This document shows positions 48,921 through 64,000 of a stretch of 64,000 nucleotides of DNA, piece after piece. Below the pieces are notes generated by a model, which saw nothing but the letters and a program-made list of their open reading frames with translations, did no database searches and was not told the DNA's origin. The stretch spans positions 124,001 to 188,000 of the forward strand of contig NIVC01001181.1 in the NCBI GenBank assembly GCA_002269645.1, read 5' to 3'. The DNA is from Macrostomum lignano (taxonomy: Eukaryota). Numbering within the stretch: the stretch's first letter is position 1; every line of letters starts with the position of its first letter. A program made the position numbers and the translations under genes.

Positions 48921-49784
48921 ATGACCACCATGCGCAAGCTGGAATCCGAGCTCAAGTGCGGCCTGTGCAGGCGGTGGCTCTGCCAGCCGCTGCTCCTGCC
49001 GTGCGGCCATTCGCTCTGCCAGTCCTGCTGCTCCAGCATCCTGCTGCTCCCAGCCGACGAAGTCGCCTCGTTGACAGGCGGCGGTGACAGCTCCGACCAG
49101 ATGTCGGTCGCGTCGGAAGCCGACTCGGGCGTGTCTTTGCCGACGTCCACAGCATCGGGATCGGGATCTTCAAGACCTGGCAGCAGCTGCTACCAGCTGC
49201 ACCAGCAGCAGCACCATCAGCAGCACCTTCTTGGGGCCGTCGCCTCGCCATCATCGCCATCAGCTGTTGGGTTCCTCTGCCCGACCTGTCGACGCCCAGT
49301 GCTGCTACCTGGCGGCATCGATCGGAGCAGCTCGTTAAGAAATCTGTTGCCAAGGAACTTGGCTTTAGAACGGCTGGTTGGGAAATTTGCACAGCAGAGT
49401 CATCAGAGCCAGTCGGATCTGCACCAGCCTCAGCAGCAGCAGCTCTGCCAGCTCTGCGATCCGTGCGAGACCGGACAGTCGCCTCTGCCGGCTGAGCTGG
49501 TCTGCGAACAGTGCGAGATGTACTATTGCCAGCGCTGCGCCGAGAAATCACATCCTTCATCGGTGTCGGCGCCGAAGCACAATCTGCAGCCGGCTAGCTG
49601 CGGGCGGGAGCTGCTGTTGCAGAAGCAAGCTAGAAGAAGCTCAGTCTGCCAGGAGCACCGGCAGGAGACGCTGGGCTCCTACTGCTTGGCCTGCCGAGGT
49701 CCCGTGTGCCCGCTGTGCGCCCAGACTGTCAGGCACCAGGGACACGAGATTGTGCCGCTGCAGACAGCTTGCAAGTCTGCCAAG
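48921..49784 (+). CDS. TRIM9: TRIM9/TRIM67 (MADD-2)-like E3 ligase, RING + two B-box exon; downstream exons not found in the window (alternative upstream ATG at 48774)
   Basis: ELKCGLC...LPCGHSLCQSC...CPTC split RING with the DQMSVASEADSG insert typical of TRIM9; B-box1 CQLC...CEQCEMYYC...H; B-box2 CQEH...YCLAC..PVC..C...HQGH; donor AAG|GTGAGT at 49785. Confidence 0.88.
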
Positions 49785-49799
49785 GTGAGTTTTTGAGGG

Positions 49800-50195
49800 C
49801 ATAGAGTGACTAGTTTGTGAGGTCATGGAATGACCAGTTTGTGAGGTCATAGAGTGACTAGTTTGTGAGGTCATAGAGTGACCAGTTTGTGAGGTCATAG
49901 AGTGACCAGTTTGTGAGGTCATAGAGTGACCAGTTTGTGAGGTCATCGAGTGACCAGTTTGTGACTTCATAGAATGACTAGTTTGTGAGGTCATAGAGTG
50001 ACTAGTTTGTGAGGTTATAGAGTGACCAGTTTGTGAGGTCATAGAGTGACCAGTTTGTGAGGTCATATAGTGACCAGTTTGTGAGGTCATCGAGTGACCA
50101 GTTTGTGAGGTCATATAATGACCAGTTTATGATTTCATAGAATGACCAGTCTGTGAATTTGTAGAATTACCAGTTTCGGAGTTCACAGTATGACC
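49800..50195. repeat. 24-bp minisatellite GTTTGTGAGGTCATAGAGTGACCA just after the TRIM9 donor
   Basis: 8-aa periodicity (MTSQTGHS) in a spurious ORF. Confidence 0.93.
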
Positions 50196-50916
50196 AGTCC
50201 GTGACAATCCATATATCATCATAGTCGAGCTCGCCATATGACTGGAATTTCATGATCAAGCCTTTTGCTTTGTTCAGCTTTATCTATTGTTTGCAAGCTG
50301 TTCATGCGCCAAGTTTTAAGTGAGGAATTCACCGCTTGCAACACCTCAAATGCGCGAGCGTCTCCAATATTAGAGATATACATCTATTCCTGTTCTGAGT
50401 TCACACGTCATTGAACCATAAATTCGCACATACAGATAGATCTGTCACAGGTATCTATCTGTTTGCGAAATTCCTAAGCTTGTCCAGTTTGCGTAATACC
50501 CTCAGGGGGGTTGCCGAGGGGTGTTGGGCCAGCCCAATAGCTCCAACCCCTCTAGACTAAAACCGAAAATGACTCGCGAAAGAATTTATAAGGGATGAGT
50601 AATCAAAAATCGCCCCCCCTTCCCAACCTAAACGTATTGAAGTGGCCATTCTTACAGCTTTAAGAATCTTTTAAACCCCTTCTGGAAACCTTTGGAAAAG
50701 AGATTTAGACTGGAGCCGAGCTGAGGAAGACTGACCCCGGCCCATTGTGCAATCTGTGTCCACTCTTCATTCTCGGGCTTGAGTGGTTTCAAATTGCTAT
50801 ATAGAAAATTATTCTTCGGAGAGTTTTGAGGGACTGGAGTTTGGCGCTGGAGACCCTGGGTTGCGCAATGCGATCCGCTTGAGATAGAAAAGCTAAGGCT
50901 ATTCAATATGCTATCT

Positions 50917-52500
<1,584 letters not shown>

Positions 52501-52576
52501 TTCATAAGGCAGTTTGAAACTGCAAACCACGCACTCGGAAGATATTGAAGGTTACCAGTTGTCGAATGTTCGAAAA

Positions 52577-52617
52577 AAACCGATATTTCGGCCCAGACTG
52601 GGCCTTCGTCAGGGTTT
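52577..52617 (-). ncRNA. Minimal type I hammerhead ribozyme, copy 1
   Basis: Minus strand AAACC-CUGACGA-A-GGCCC(AGUCU)GGGCC-GAAA-UA-UC-GGUUU: full core, stem I AAACC/GGUUU, stem II, palindromic AUAU stem III, predicted AUC cleavage at + coordinate 52582. Confidence 0.8.
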
Positions 52618-53906
52618 ATTTATTCGGGTTTAAAAACAAATATATTGGCAGTGAAGTTATTGTAACATAATTTCAATATATATATATGCGACTTTTGGGG
52701 GTGCACTGAGCAGTGTTGAGTAAAGATGTGTACGCATAATTAGTTAAAAACGTGAGTTGAAGCACGCTGATTGGTTAAAGATTGGCAGCTTAAAGCCTTG
52801 CACAAAAAATATTAAAGATGTTAGGTGCTATAGAAAAACAGATTTAGAGCGTAGAAGTGTATGAATAAGCATCTTGAAAAGTTCAACAAATAAGTTATTT
52901 ACGCCCGTAGAATTGAGAACAAATATTAAATTAAAACAGAGCACTGAGAACTTTGAGAACTGAGAAAATTGAGTCGCCAGGCAGGCCACTAGTTGCAGTT
53001 GGCGGCGTCTGGTCACAGATCGCCGCCTGCACAGCCCCTGGTCACAGGCGACTGGGCACTGCAGATCAGTTGAGGCTAGATTATCAGTAGTAGTAGCACT
53101 AGTAGTTGCAGTAGTAGCTCGTAGTAGTAGTAATGGAAGTAGTAGTAGTACAAGTATTAGTAGAGTAGTAGTAGAGCAGTCGTAGGCGTAGTCGTAGTAG
53201 AGACGTACTGGTAAGCAGTTATTTGAAGTAGCCAGGCAGGCCACTAGTCGCAGTTGGCGGCGTCTGGTCACAGATCGCCGCCTGCACAGCCCCTGGTCAC
53301 AGGCGACTGGGCACTGCGGATCAGTTGAAGCTAGATTATCAGTAGTAGTAGCACTAGTAGTTGCAGTAGTAGCTCGTAGTAGTAGTAATGGAAGTAGTAG
53401 TAGTACAAGTATTAGTAGAGTAGTAGTAGAGCAGTCGTAGGCGTAGTCGTAGTAGAGACGTACTGGTAAGCAGTTATTTGAAGTAGCCAGGCAGGCCACT
53501 AGTCGCAGTTGGCGGCGTCTGGTCACAGATCGCCGCCTGCACAGCCCCTGGTCACAGGCGACTGGGCACTGCGGATCAGTTGAAGCTAGATTTTCAGTAG
53601 TAGTAGCACTAGTAGTTGCAGTAGTAGTAGTAGTGGTAGTAGAGTAGTAGTAGTACAGTCGTAGTCGTAGCCGTAGTCGTAGTAGTGTCGTGCGTCTTAA
53701 ATATTCAGCTGCAGAAATAGTACTCTTGCTTATCCCAAGTAGATTTTTGGCGGAGAATAGCTCGTATACGAAGATATTTTGTTGACAAACATGGCGAGCC
53801 TCAATAATAGTCCGGTCCTGGGTACAGATATTCATAAGGCAGTTTGAAACTGCAAACCACGCACTCGGAAGATATTGAAGGTTACCAGTTGTCGAATGTT
53901 CGAAAA

Positions 53907-53947
53907 AAACCGATATTTCGGCCCAGACTGGGCCTTCGTCAGGGTTT
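53907..53947 (-). ncRNA. Minimal type I hammerhead ribozyme, copy 2
   Basis: Identical to copy 1. Confidence 0.8.
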
Positions 53948-55235
53948 ATTTATTCGGGTTTAAAAACAAATATATTGGCAGTGAAGTTATTGTAACATAA
54001 TTTCAATATATATATATGCGACTTTTGGGGGTGCACTGAGCAGTGTTGAGTAAAGATGTGTACGCATAATTAGTTAAAAACGTGAGTTGAAGCACGCTGA
54101 TTGGTTAAAGATTGGCAGCTTAAAGCCTTGCACAAAAATATTAAAGATGTTAGGTGCTATAGAAAAACAGATTTAGAGCGTAGAAGTGTATGAATAAGCA
54201 TCTTGAAAAGTTCAACAAATAAGTTATTTACGCCCGTAGAATTGAGAACAAATATTAAATTAAAACAGAGCACTGAGAACTTTGAGAACTGAGAAAATTG
54301 AGTCGCCAGGCAGGCCACTAGTTGCAGTTGGCGGCGTCTGGTCACAGATCGCCGCCTGCACAGCCCCTGGTCACAGGCGACTGGGCACTGCAGATCAGTT
54401 GAGGCTAGATTATCAGTAGTAGTAGCACTAGTAGTTGCAGTAGTAGCTCGTAGTAGTAGTAATGGAAGTAGTAGTAGTACAAGTATTAGTAGAGTAGTAG
54501 TAGAGCAGTCGTAGGCGTAGTCGTAGTAGAGACGTACTGGTAAGCAGTTATTTGAAGTAGCCAGGCAGGCCACTAGTCGCAGTTGGCGGCGTCTGGTCAC
54601 AGATCGCCGCCTGCACAGCCCCTGGTCACAGGCGACTGGGCACTGCGGATCAGTTGAAGCTAGATTATCAGTAGTAGTAGCACTAGTAGTTGCAGTAGTA
54701 GCTCGTAGTAGTAGTAATGGAAGTAGTAGTAGTACAAGTATTAGTAGAGTAGTAGTAGAGCAGTCGTAGGCGTAGTCGTAGTAGAGACGTACTGGTAAGC
54801 AGTTATTTGAAGTAGCCAGGCAGGCCACTAGTCGCAGTTGGCGGCGTCTGGTCACAGATCGCCGCCTGCACAGCCCCTGGTCACAGGCGACTGGGCACTG
54901 CGGATCAGTTGAAGCTAGATTTTCAGTAGTAGTAGCACTAGTAGTTGCAGTAGTAGTAGTAGTGGTAGTAGAGTAGTAGTAGTACAGTCGTAGTCGTAGC
55001 CGTAGTCGTAGTAGTGTCGTGCGTCTTAAATATTCAGCTGCAGAAATAGTACTCTTGCTTATCCCAAGTAGATTTTTGGCGGAGAATAGCTCGTATACGA
55101 AGATATTTTGTTGACAAACATGGCGAGCCTCAATAATAGTCCGGTCCTGGGTACAGATATTCATAAGGCAGTTTGAAACTGCAAACCACGCACTCGGAAG
55201 ATATTGAAGGTTACCAGTTGTCGAATGTTCGAAAA

Positions 55236-55276
55236 AAACCGATATTTCGGCCCAGACTGGGCCTTCGTCAGGGTTT
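55236..55276 (-). ncRNA. Minimal type I hammerhead ribozyme, copy 3
   Basis: Identical to copy 1. Confidence 0.8.
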
Positions 55277-56565
55277 ATTTATTCGGGTTTAAAAACAAAT
55301 ATATTGGCAGTGAAGTTATTGTAACATAATTTCAATATATATATATGCGACTTTTGGGGGTGCACTGAGCAGTGTTGAGTAAAGATGTGTACGCATAATT
55401 AGTTAAAAACGTGAGTTGAAGCACGCTGATTGGTTAAAGATTGGCAGCTTAAAGCCTTGCACAAAAAATATTAAAGATGTTAGGTGCTATAGAAAAACAG
55501 ATTTAGAGCGTAGAAGTGTATGAATAAGCATCTTGAAAAGTTCAACAAATAAGTTATTTACGCCCGTAGAATTGAGAACAAATATTAAATTAAAACAGAG
55601 CACTGAGAACTTTGAGAACTGAGAAAATTGAGTCGCCAGGCAGGCCACTAGTTGCAGTTGGCGGCGTCTGGTCACAGATCGCCGCCTGCACAGCCCCTGG
55701 TCACAGGCGACTGGGCACTGCAGATCAGTTGAGGCTAGATTATCAGTAGTAGTAGCACTAGTAGTTGCAGTAGTAGCTCGTAGTAGTAGTAATGGAAGTA
55801 GTAGTAGTACAAGTATTAGTAGAGTAGTAGTAGAGCAGTCGTAGGCGTAGTCGTAGTAGAGACGTACTGGTAAGCAGTTATTTGAAGTAGCCAGGCAGGC
55901 CACTAGTCGCAGTTGGCGGCGTCTGGTCACAGATCGCCGCCTGCACAGCCCCTGGTCACAGGCGACTGGGCACTGCGGATCAGTTGAAGCTAGATTATCA
56001 GTAGTAGTAGCACTAGTAGTTGCAGTAGTAGCTCGTAGTAGTAGTAATGGAAGTAGTAGTAGTACAAGTATTAGTAGAGTAGTAGTAGAGCAGTCGTAGG
56101 CGTAGTCGTAGTAGAGACGTACTGGTAAGCAGTTATTTGAAGTAGCCAGGCAGGCCACTAGTCGCAGTTGGCGGCGTCTGGTCACAGATCGCCGCCTGCA
56201 CAGCCCCTGGTCACAGGCGACTGGGCACTGCGGATCAGTTGAAGCTAGATTTTCAGTAGTAGTAGCACTAGTAGTTGCAGTAGTAGTAGTAGTGGTAGTA
56301 GAGTAGTAGTAGTACAGTCGTAGTCGTAGCCGTAGTCGTAGTAGTGTCGTGCGTCTTAAATATTCAGCTGCAGAAATAGTACTCTTGCTTATCCCAAGTA
56401 GATTTTTGGCGGAGAATAGCTCGTATACGAAGATATTTTGTTGACAAACATGGCGAGCCTCAATAATAGTCCGGTCCTGGGTACAGATATTCATAAGGCA
56501 GTTTGAAACTGCAAACCACGCACTCGGAAGATATTGAAGGTTACCAGTTGTCGAATGTTCGAAAA

Positions 56566-56606
56566 AAACCGATATTTCGGCCCAGACTGGGCCTTCGTCA
56601 GGGTTT
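56566..56606 (-). ncRNA. Minimal type I hammerhead ribozyme, copy 4
   Basis: Identical to copy 1. Confidence 0.8.
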
Positions 56607-57895
56607 ATTTATTCGGGTTTAAAAACAAATATATTGGCAGTGAAGTTATTGTAACATAATTTCAATATATATATATGCGACTTTTGGGGGTGCACTGAGC
56701 AGTGTTGAGTAAAGATGTGTACGCATAATTAGTTAAAAACGTGAGTTGAAGCACGCTGATTGGTTAAAGATTGGCAGCTTAAAGCCTTGCACAAAAAATA
56801 TTAAAGATGTTAGGTGCTATAGAAAAACAGATTTAGAGCGTAGAAGTGTATGAATAAGCATCTTGAAAAGTTCAACAAATAAGTTATTTACGCCCGTAGA
56901 ATTGAGAACAAATATTAAATTAAAACAGAGCACTGAGAACTTTGAGAACTGAGAAAATTGAGTCGCCAGGCAGGCCACTAGTTGCAGTTGGCGGCGTCTG
57001 GTCACAGATCGCCGCCTGCACAGCCCCTGGTCACAGGCGACTGGGCACTGCAGATCAGTTGAGGCTAGATTATCAGTAGTAGTAGCACTAGTAGTTGCAG
57101 TAGTAGCTCGTAGTAGTAGTAATGGAAGTAGTAGTAGTACAAGTATTAGTAGAGTAGTAGTAGAGCAGTCGTAGGCGTAGTCGTAGTAGAGACGTACTGG
57201 TAAGCAGTTATTTGAAGTAGCCAGGCAGGCCACTAGTCGCAGTTGGCGGCGTCTGGTCACAGATCGCCGCCTGCACAGCCCCTGGTCACAGGCGACTGGG
57301 CACTGCGGATCAGTTGAAGCTAGATTATCAGTAGTAGTAGCACTAGTAGTTGCAGTAGTAGCTCGTAGTAGTAGTAATGGAAGTAGTAGTAGTACAAGTA
57401 TTAGTAGAGTAGTAGTAGAGCAGTCGTAGGCGTAGTCGTAGTAGAGACGTACTGGTAAGCAGTTATTTGAAGTAGCCAGGCAGGCCACTAGTCGCAGTTG
57501 GCGGCGTCTGGTCACAGATCGCCGCCTGCACAGCCCCTGGTCACAGGCGACTGGGCACTGCGGATCAGTTGAAGCTAGATTTTCAGTAGTAGTAGCACTA
57601 GTAGTTGCAGTAGTAGTAGTAGTGGTAGTAGAGTAGTAGTAGTACAGTCGTAGTCGTAGCCGTAGTCGTAGTAGTGTCGTGCGTCTTAAATATTCAGCTG
57701 CAGAAATAGTACTCTTGCTTATCCCAAGTAGATTTTTGGCGGAGAATAGCTCGTATACGAAGATATTTTGTTGACAAACATGGCGAGCCTCAATAATAGT
57801 CCGGTCCTGGGTACAGATATTCATAAGGCAGTTTGAAACTGCAAACCACGCACTCGGAAGATATTGAAGGTTACCAGTTGTCGAATGTTCGAAAA

Positions 57896-57936
57896 AAACC
57901 GATATTTCGGCCCAGACTGGGCCTTCGTCAGGGTTT
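57896..57936 (-). ncRNA. Minimal type I hammerhead ribozyme, copy 5
   Basis: Identical to copy 1. Confidence 0.8.
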
Positions 57937-59357
57937 ATTTATTCGGGTTTAAAAACAAATATATTGGCAGTGAAGTTATTGTAACATAATTTCAATATAT
58001 ATATATGCGACTTTTGGGGTGCACTGAGCAGTGTTGAGTAAAGATGTGTACGCATAATTAGTTAAAAACGTGAGTTGAAGCACGCTGATTGGTTAAAGAT
58101 TGGCAGCTTAAAGCCTTGCACAAAAAATATTAAAGATGTTAGGTGCTATAGAAAAACAGATTTAGAGCGTAGAAGTGTATGAATAAGCATCTTGAAAAGT
58201 TCAACAAATAAGTTATTTACGCCCGTAGAATTGAGAACAAATATTAAATTAAAACAGAGCACTGAGAACTTTGAGAACTGAGAAAATTGAGTCGCCAGGC
58301 AGGCCACTAGTTGCAGTTGGCGGCGTCTGGTCACAGATCGCCGCCTGCACAGCCCCTGGTCACAGGCGACTGGGCACTGCAGATCAGTTGAGGCTAGATT
58401 ATCAGTAGTAGTAGCACTAGTAGTTGCAGTAGTAGCTCGTAGTAGTAGTAATGGAAGTAGTAGTAGTACAAGTATTAGTAGAGTAGTAGTAGAGCAGTCG
58501 TAGGCGTAGTCGTAGTAGAGACGTACTGGTAAGCAGTTATTTGAAGTAGCCAGGCAGGCCACTAGTCGCAGTTGGCGGCGTCTGGTCACAGATCGCCGCC
58601 TGCACAGCCCCTGGTCACAGGCGACTGGGCACTGCGGATCAGTTGACCAGTCCGTGACAATCCATATATCATCATAGTCGAGCTCGCCATATGACTGGAA
58701 TTTCATGATCAAGCCTTTTGCTTTGTTCAGCTTTATCTATTGTTTGCAAGCTGTTCATGCGCCAAGTTTTAAGTGAGGAATTCACCGCTTGCAACACCTC
58801 AAATGCGCGAGCGTCTCCAATATTAGAGATATACATCTATTCCTGTTCTGAGTTCACACGTCATTGAACCATAAATTCGCACATACAGATAGATCTGTCA
58901 CAGGTATCTATCTGTTTGCGAAATTCCTAAGCTTGTCCAGTTTGCGTAATACCCTCAGGGGGTTGCCGAGGGGTGTTGGGCCAGCCCAATAGCTCCAACC
59001 CCTCTAGACTAAAACCGAAAATGACTCGCGAAAGAATTTATAAGGGATGAGTAATCAAAAATCGCCCCCCCTTCCCAACCTAAACGTATTGAAGTGGCCA
59101 TTCTTACAGCTTTAAGAATCTTTTAAACCCCTTCTGGAAACCTTTGGAAAAGAGATTTAGACTGGAGCCGAGCTGAGGAAGACTGACCCCGGCCCATTGT
59201 GCAATCTGTGTCCACTCTTCATTCTCGGGCTTGAGTGGTTTCAAATTGCTATATAGAAAATTATTCTTCGGAGAGTTTTGAGGGACTGGAGTTTGGCGCT
59301 GGAGACCCTGGGTTGCGCAATGCGATCCGCTTGAGATAGAAAAGCTAAGGCTATTCA

Positions 59358-60904
<1,547 letters not shown>

Positions 60905-60981
60905 ATTCATAAGGCAGTTTGAAACTGCAAACCACGCACTCGGAAGATATTGAAGGTTACCAGTTGTCGAATGTTCGAAAA

Positions 60982-61022
60982 AAACCGATATTTCGGCCCA
61001 GACTGGGCCTTCGTCAGGGTTT
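60982..61022 (-). ncRNA. Minimal type I hammerhead ribozyme, copy 6
   Basis: Identical to copy 1. Confidence 0.8.
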
Positions 61023-62602
61023 ATTTATTCGGGTTTAAAAACAAATATATTGGCAGTGAAGTTATTGTAACATAATTTCAATATATATATATGCTACTTT
61101 TGGGGGTGCACTGAGCAGTGTTGAGTAAAGATGTGTACGTATAATTAGTTAAAAACGTGAGTTGAAGCACGCTGATTGGTTAAAGATTGGCAGCTTAAAG
61201 CCTTGCACAAAAAATATTAAAGATGTTAGGTGCTATAGAAAAACAGATTTAGAGCGTAGAAGTGTATGAATAAGCATCTTGAAAAGTTCAACAAATAAGT
61301 TATTTACGCCCGTAGAATTGAGAACAAATATTAAATTAAAACAGAGCACTGAGAACTTTTCAAAAAGAAGTGCAAGTAAATAGATGTTATTACATAAACA
61401 GTAAATAAATTGAGTCGCCAGGCAGGCCACTAGTTGCAGTTGGCGGCGTCTGGTCACAGATCGCCGCCTGCACAGCCCCTGGTCACAGGCGACTGGGCAC
61501 TGCAGATCAGTTGAGGCTAGATTATCAGTAGTAGTAGCACTAGTAGTTGCAGTAGTAGCTCGTAGTAGTAGTAATGGAAGTAGTAGTAGTACAAGTATTA
61601 GTAGAGTAGTAGTAGAGCAGTCGTAGGCGTAGTCGTAGTAGAGACGTACTGGTAAGCAGTTATTTGAAGTAGCCAGGCAGGCCACTAGTCGCAGTTGGCG
61701 GCGTCTGGTCACAGATCGCCGCCTGCACAGCCCCTGGTCACAGGCGACTGGGCACTGCAGATCAGTTGAGGCTAGATTATCAGTAGTAGTAGCACTAGTA
61801 GTTGCAGTAGTAGCTCGTAGTAGTAGTAATGGAAGTAGTAGTAGTACAAGTATTAGTAGAGTAGTAGTAGAGCAGTCGTAGGCGTAGTCGTAGTAGAGAC
61901 GTACTGGTAAGCAGTTATTTGAAGTAGCCAGGCAGGCCACTAGTCGCAGTTGGCGGCGTCTGGTCACAGATCGCCGCCTGCACAGCCCCTGGTCACAGGC
62001 GACTGGGCACTGCAGATCAGTTGAGGCTAGATTATCAGTAGTAGTAGCACTAGTAGTTGCAGTAGTAGCTCGTAGTAGTAGTAATGGAAGTAGTAGTAGT
62101 ACAAGTATTAGTAGAGTAGTAGTAGAGCAGTCGTAGGCGTAGTCGTAGTAGAGACGTACTGGTAAGCAGTTATTTGAAGTAGCCAGGCAGGCCACTAGTC
62201 GCAGTTGGCGGCGTCTGGTCACAGATCGCCGCCTGCACAGCCCCTGGTCACAGGCGACTGGGCACTGCGGATCAGTTGAAGCTAGATTTTCAGTAGTAGT
62301 AGCACTAGTAGTTGCAGTAGTAGTAGTAGTGGTAGTAGAGTAGTAGTAGTACAGTCGTAGTCGTAGCCGTAGTCGTAGTAGTGTCGTGCGTCTTAAATAT
62401 TCAGCTGCAGAAATAGTACTCTTGCTTATCCCAAGTAGATTTTTGGCGGAGAATAGCTCGTATACGAAGATATTTTGTTGACAAACATGGCGAGCCTCAA
62501 TAATAGTCCGGTCCTGGGTACAGATATTCATAAGGCAGTTTGAAACTGCAAACCACGCACTCGGAAGATATTGAAGGTTACCAGTTGTCGAATGTTCGAA
62601 AA

Positions 62603-62643
62603 AAACCGATATTTCGGCCCAGACTGGGCCTTCGTCAGGGTTT
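62603..62643 (-). ncRNA. Minimal type I hammerhead ribozyme, copy 7
   Basis: Identical to copy 1. Confidence 0.8.
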
Positions 62644-64000
62644 ATTTATTCGGGTTTAAAAACAAATATATTGGCAGTGAAGTTATTGTAACATAATTTC
62701 AATATATATATATGCTACTTTTGGGGGTGCACTGAGCAGTGTTGAGTAAAGATGTGTACGTATAATTAGTTAAAAACGTGAGTTGAAGCACGCTGATTGG
62801 TTAAAGATTGGCAGCTTAAAGCCTTGCACAAAAAATATTAAAGATGTTAGGTGCTATAGAAAAACAGATTTAGAGCGTAGAAGTGTATGAATAAGCATCT
62901 TGAAAAGTTCAACAAATAAGTTATTTACGCCCGTAGAATTGAGAACAAATATTAAATTAAAACAGAGCACTGAGAACTTTTCAAAAAAAGTGCAAGTAAA
63001 TAGATGTTATTACATAAACAGTTGAGAACAAATATTAATTAAAACAGAGCACTCGCCATAAACAGTAAATAAATTGAGTCGCCAGGGCCACTAGTTGCAG
63101 TTGGCGGCGTCTGGTCACAGATCGCCGCCTGCACAGCCCCTGGTCACAGGCGACTGGGCACTGCAGATCAGTTGAGGCTAGATTATCAGTAGTAGTAGCA
63201 CTAGTAGTTGCAGTAGTAGCTCGTAGTAGTAGTAATGGAAGTAGTAGTAGTACAAGTATTAGTAGAGTAGTAGTAGAGCAGTCGTAGGCGTAGTCGTAGT
63301 AGAGACGTACTGGTAAGCAGTTATTTGAAGTAGCCAGGCAGGCCACTAGTCGCAGTTGGCGGCGTCTGGTCACAGATCGCCGCCTGCACAGCCCCTGGTC
63401 ACAGGCGACTGGGCACTGCAGATCAGTTGAGGCTAGATTATCAGTAGTAGTAGCACTAGTAGTTGCAGTAGTAGCTCGTAGTAGTAGTAATGGAAGTAGT
63501 AGTAGTACAAGTATTAGTAGAGTAGTAGTAGAGCAGTCGTAGGCGTAGTCGTAGTAGAGACGTACTGGTAAGCAGTTATTTGAAGTAGCCAGGCAGGCCA
63601 CTAGTCGCAGTTGGCGGCGTCTGGTCACAGATCGCCGCCTGCACAGCCCTGGTCACAGGCGACTGGGCACTGCAGATCAGTTGAGGCTAGATTATCAGTA
63701 GTAGTAGCACTAGTAGTTGCAGTAGTAGCTCGTAGTAGTAGTAATGGAAGTAGTAGTAGTACAAGTATTAGTAGAGTAGTAGTAGAGCAGTCGTAGGCGT
63801 AGTCGTAGTAGAGACGTACTGGTAAGCAGTTATTTGAAGTAGCCAGGCAGGCCACTAGTCGCAGTTGGCGGCGTCTGGTCACAGATCGCCGCCTGCACAG
63901 CCCCTGGTCACAGGCGACTGGGCACTGCGGATCAGTTGAAGCTAGATTTTCAGTAGTAGTAGCACTAGTAGTTGCAGTAGTAGTAGTAGTGGTAGTAGAG

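Larger units (their letters stand above)
52501..58646 (-). mobile_element. Tandem array (~4.6 x 1.33 kb) of a hammerhead-bearing Penelope/retrozyme-like non-autonomous element
   Basis: Near-identical units with period 1329-1330 bp, each with one hammerhead, an AATAAA and internal 255-bp subrepeats; no RT/GIY-YIG ORF seen. Confidence 0.65.
60905..64000 (-). mobile_element. Second array of the same element (variant ~1.62-kb unit with an extra 255-bp subrepeat and a net 36-bp insertion); runs off the window
   Basis: Same sequence as the 52.5-58.6 kb units; hammerheads 1621 bp apart. Confidence 0.65.

Overview
Eukaryotic (animal, invertebrate-type) genomic DNA with spliceosomal introns; there is no sign of a prokaryotic locus. 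The mix of GC-rich exons, introns filled with minisatellites and kb-scale GATA/GACA arrays resembles a free-living flatworm such as Macrostomum, but that is inference only. Recognisable genes: the 3' part of a PTK7/Off-track-like receptor pseudokinase (10 exons, 1-14984, +), an intronless SLC30/ZnT2-type zinc transporter (21619-23160, +), ISCA1 (27784-28275, +), a four-exon MVB12/FAM125 ESCRT-I subunit (35712-33304, -), NUDC (38336-37323, -) and the RING/B-box exon of a TRIM9/TRIM67-like E3 ligase (48921-49784, +). Two further candidate genes were assembled by hand: a signal peptide-Ig-Cys-rich-TM protein (25169-27544, +) and a small secreted protein with dibasic sites (30870-30223, -). A hAT-type MITE and a tRNA-derived SINE with a 13-bp TSD lie at 26.5-27.3 kb. 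The most notable structure is at 52.5-64 kb, antisense to TRIM9 and probably in its intron. It is a nested tandem array of ~1.33-1.62 kb units, each carrying a minimal type I hammerhead ribozyme (7 copies), an AATAAA, a 335-aa repetitive ORF and 255-bp hairpin-containing subrepeats, i.e. a Penelope/retrozyme-like element. Most long ORFs in the supplied track are artefacts of tandem repeats. All gene models and family calls were made by eye; no database searches were run.
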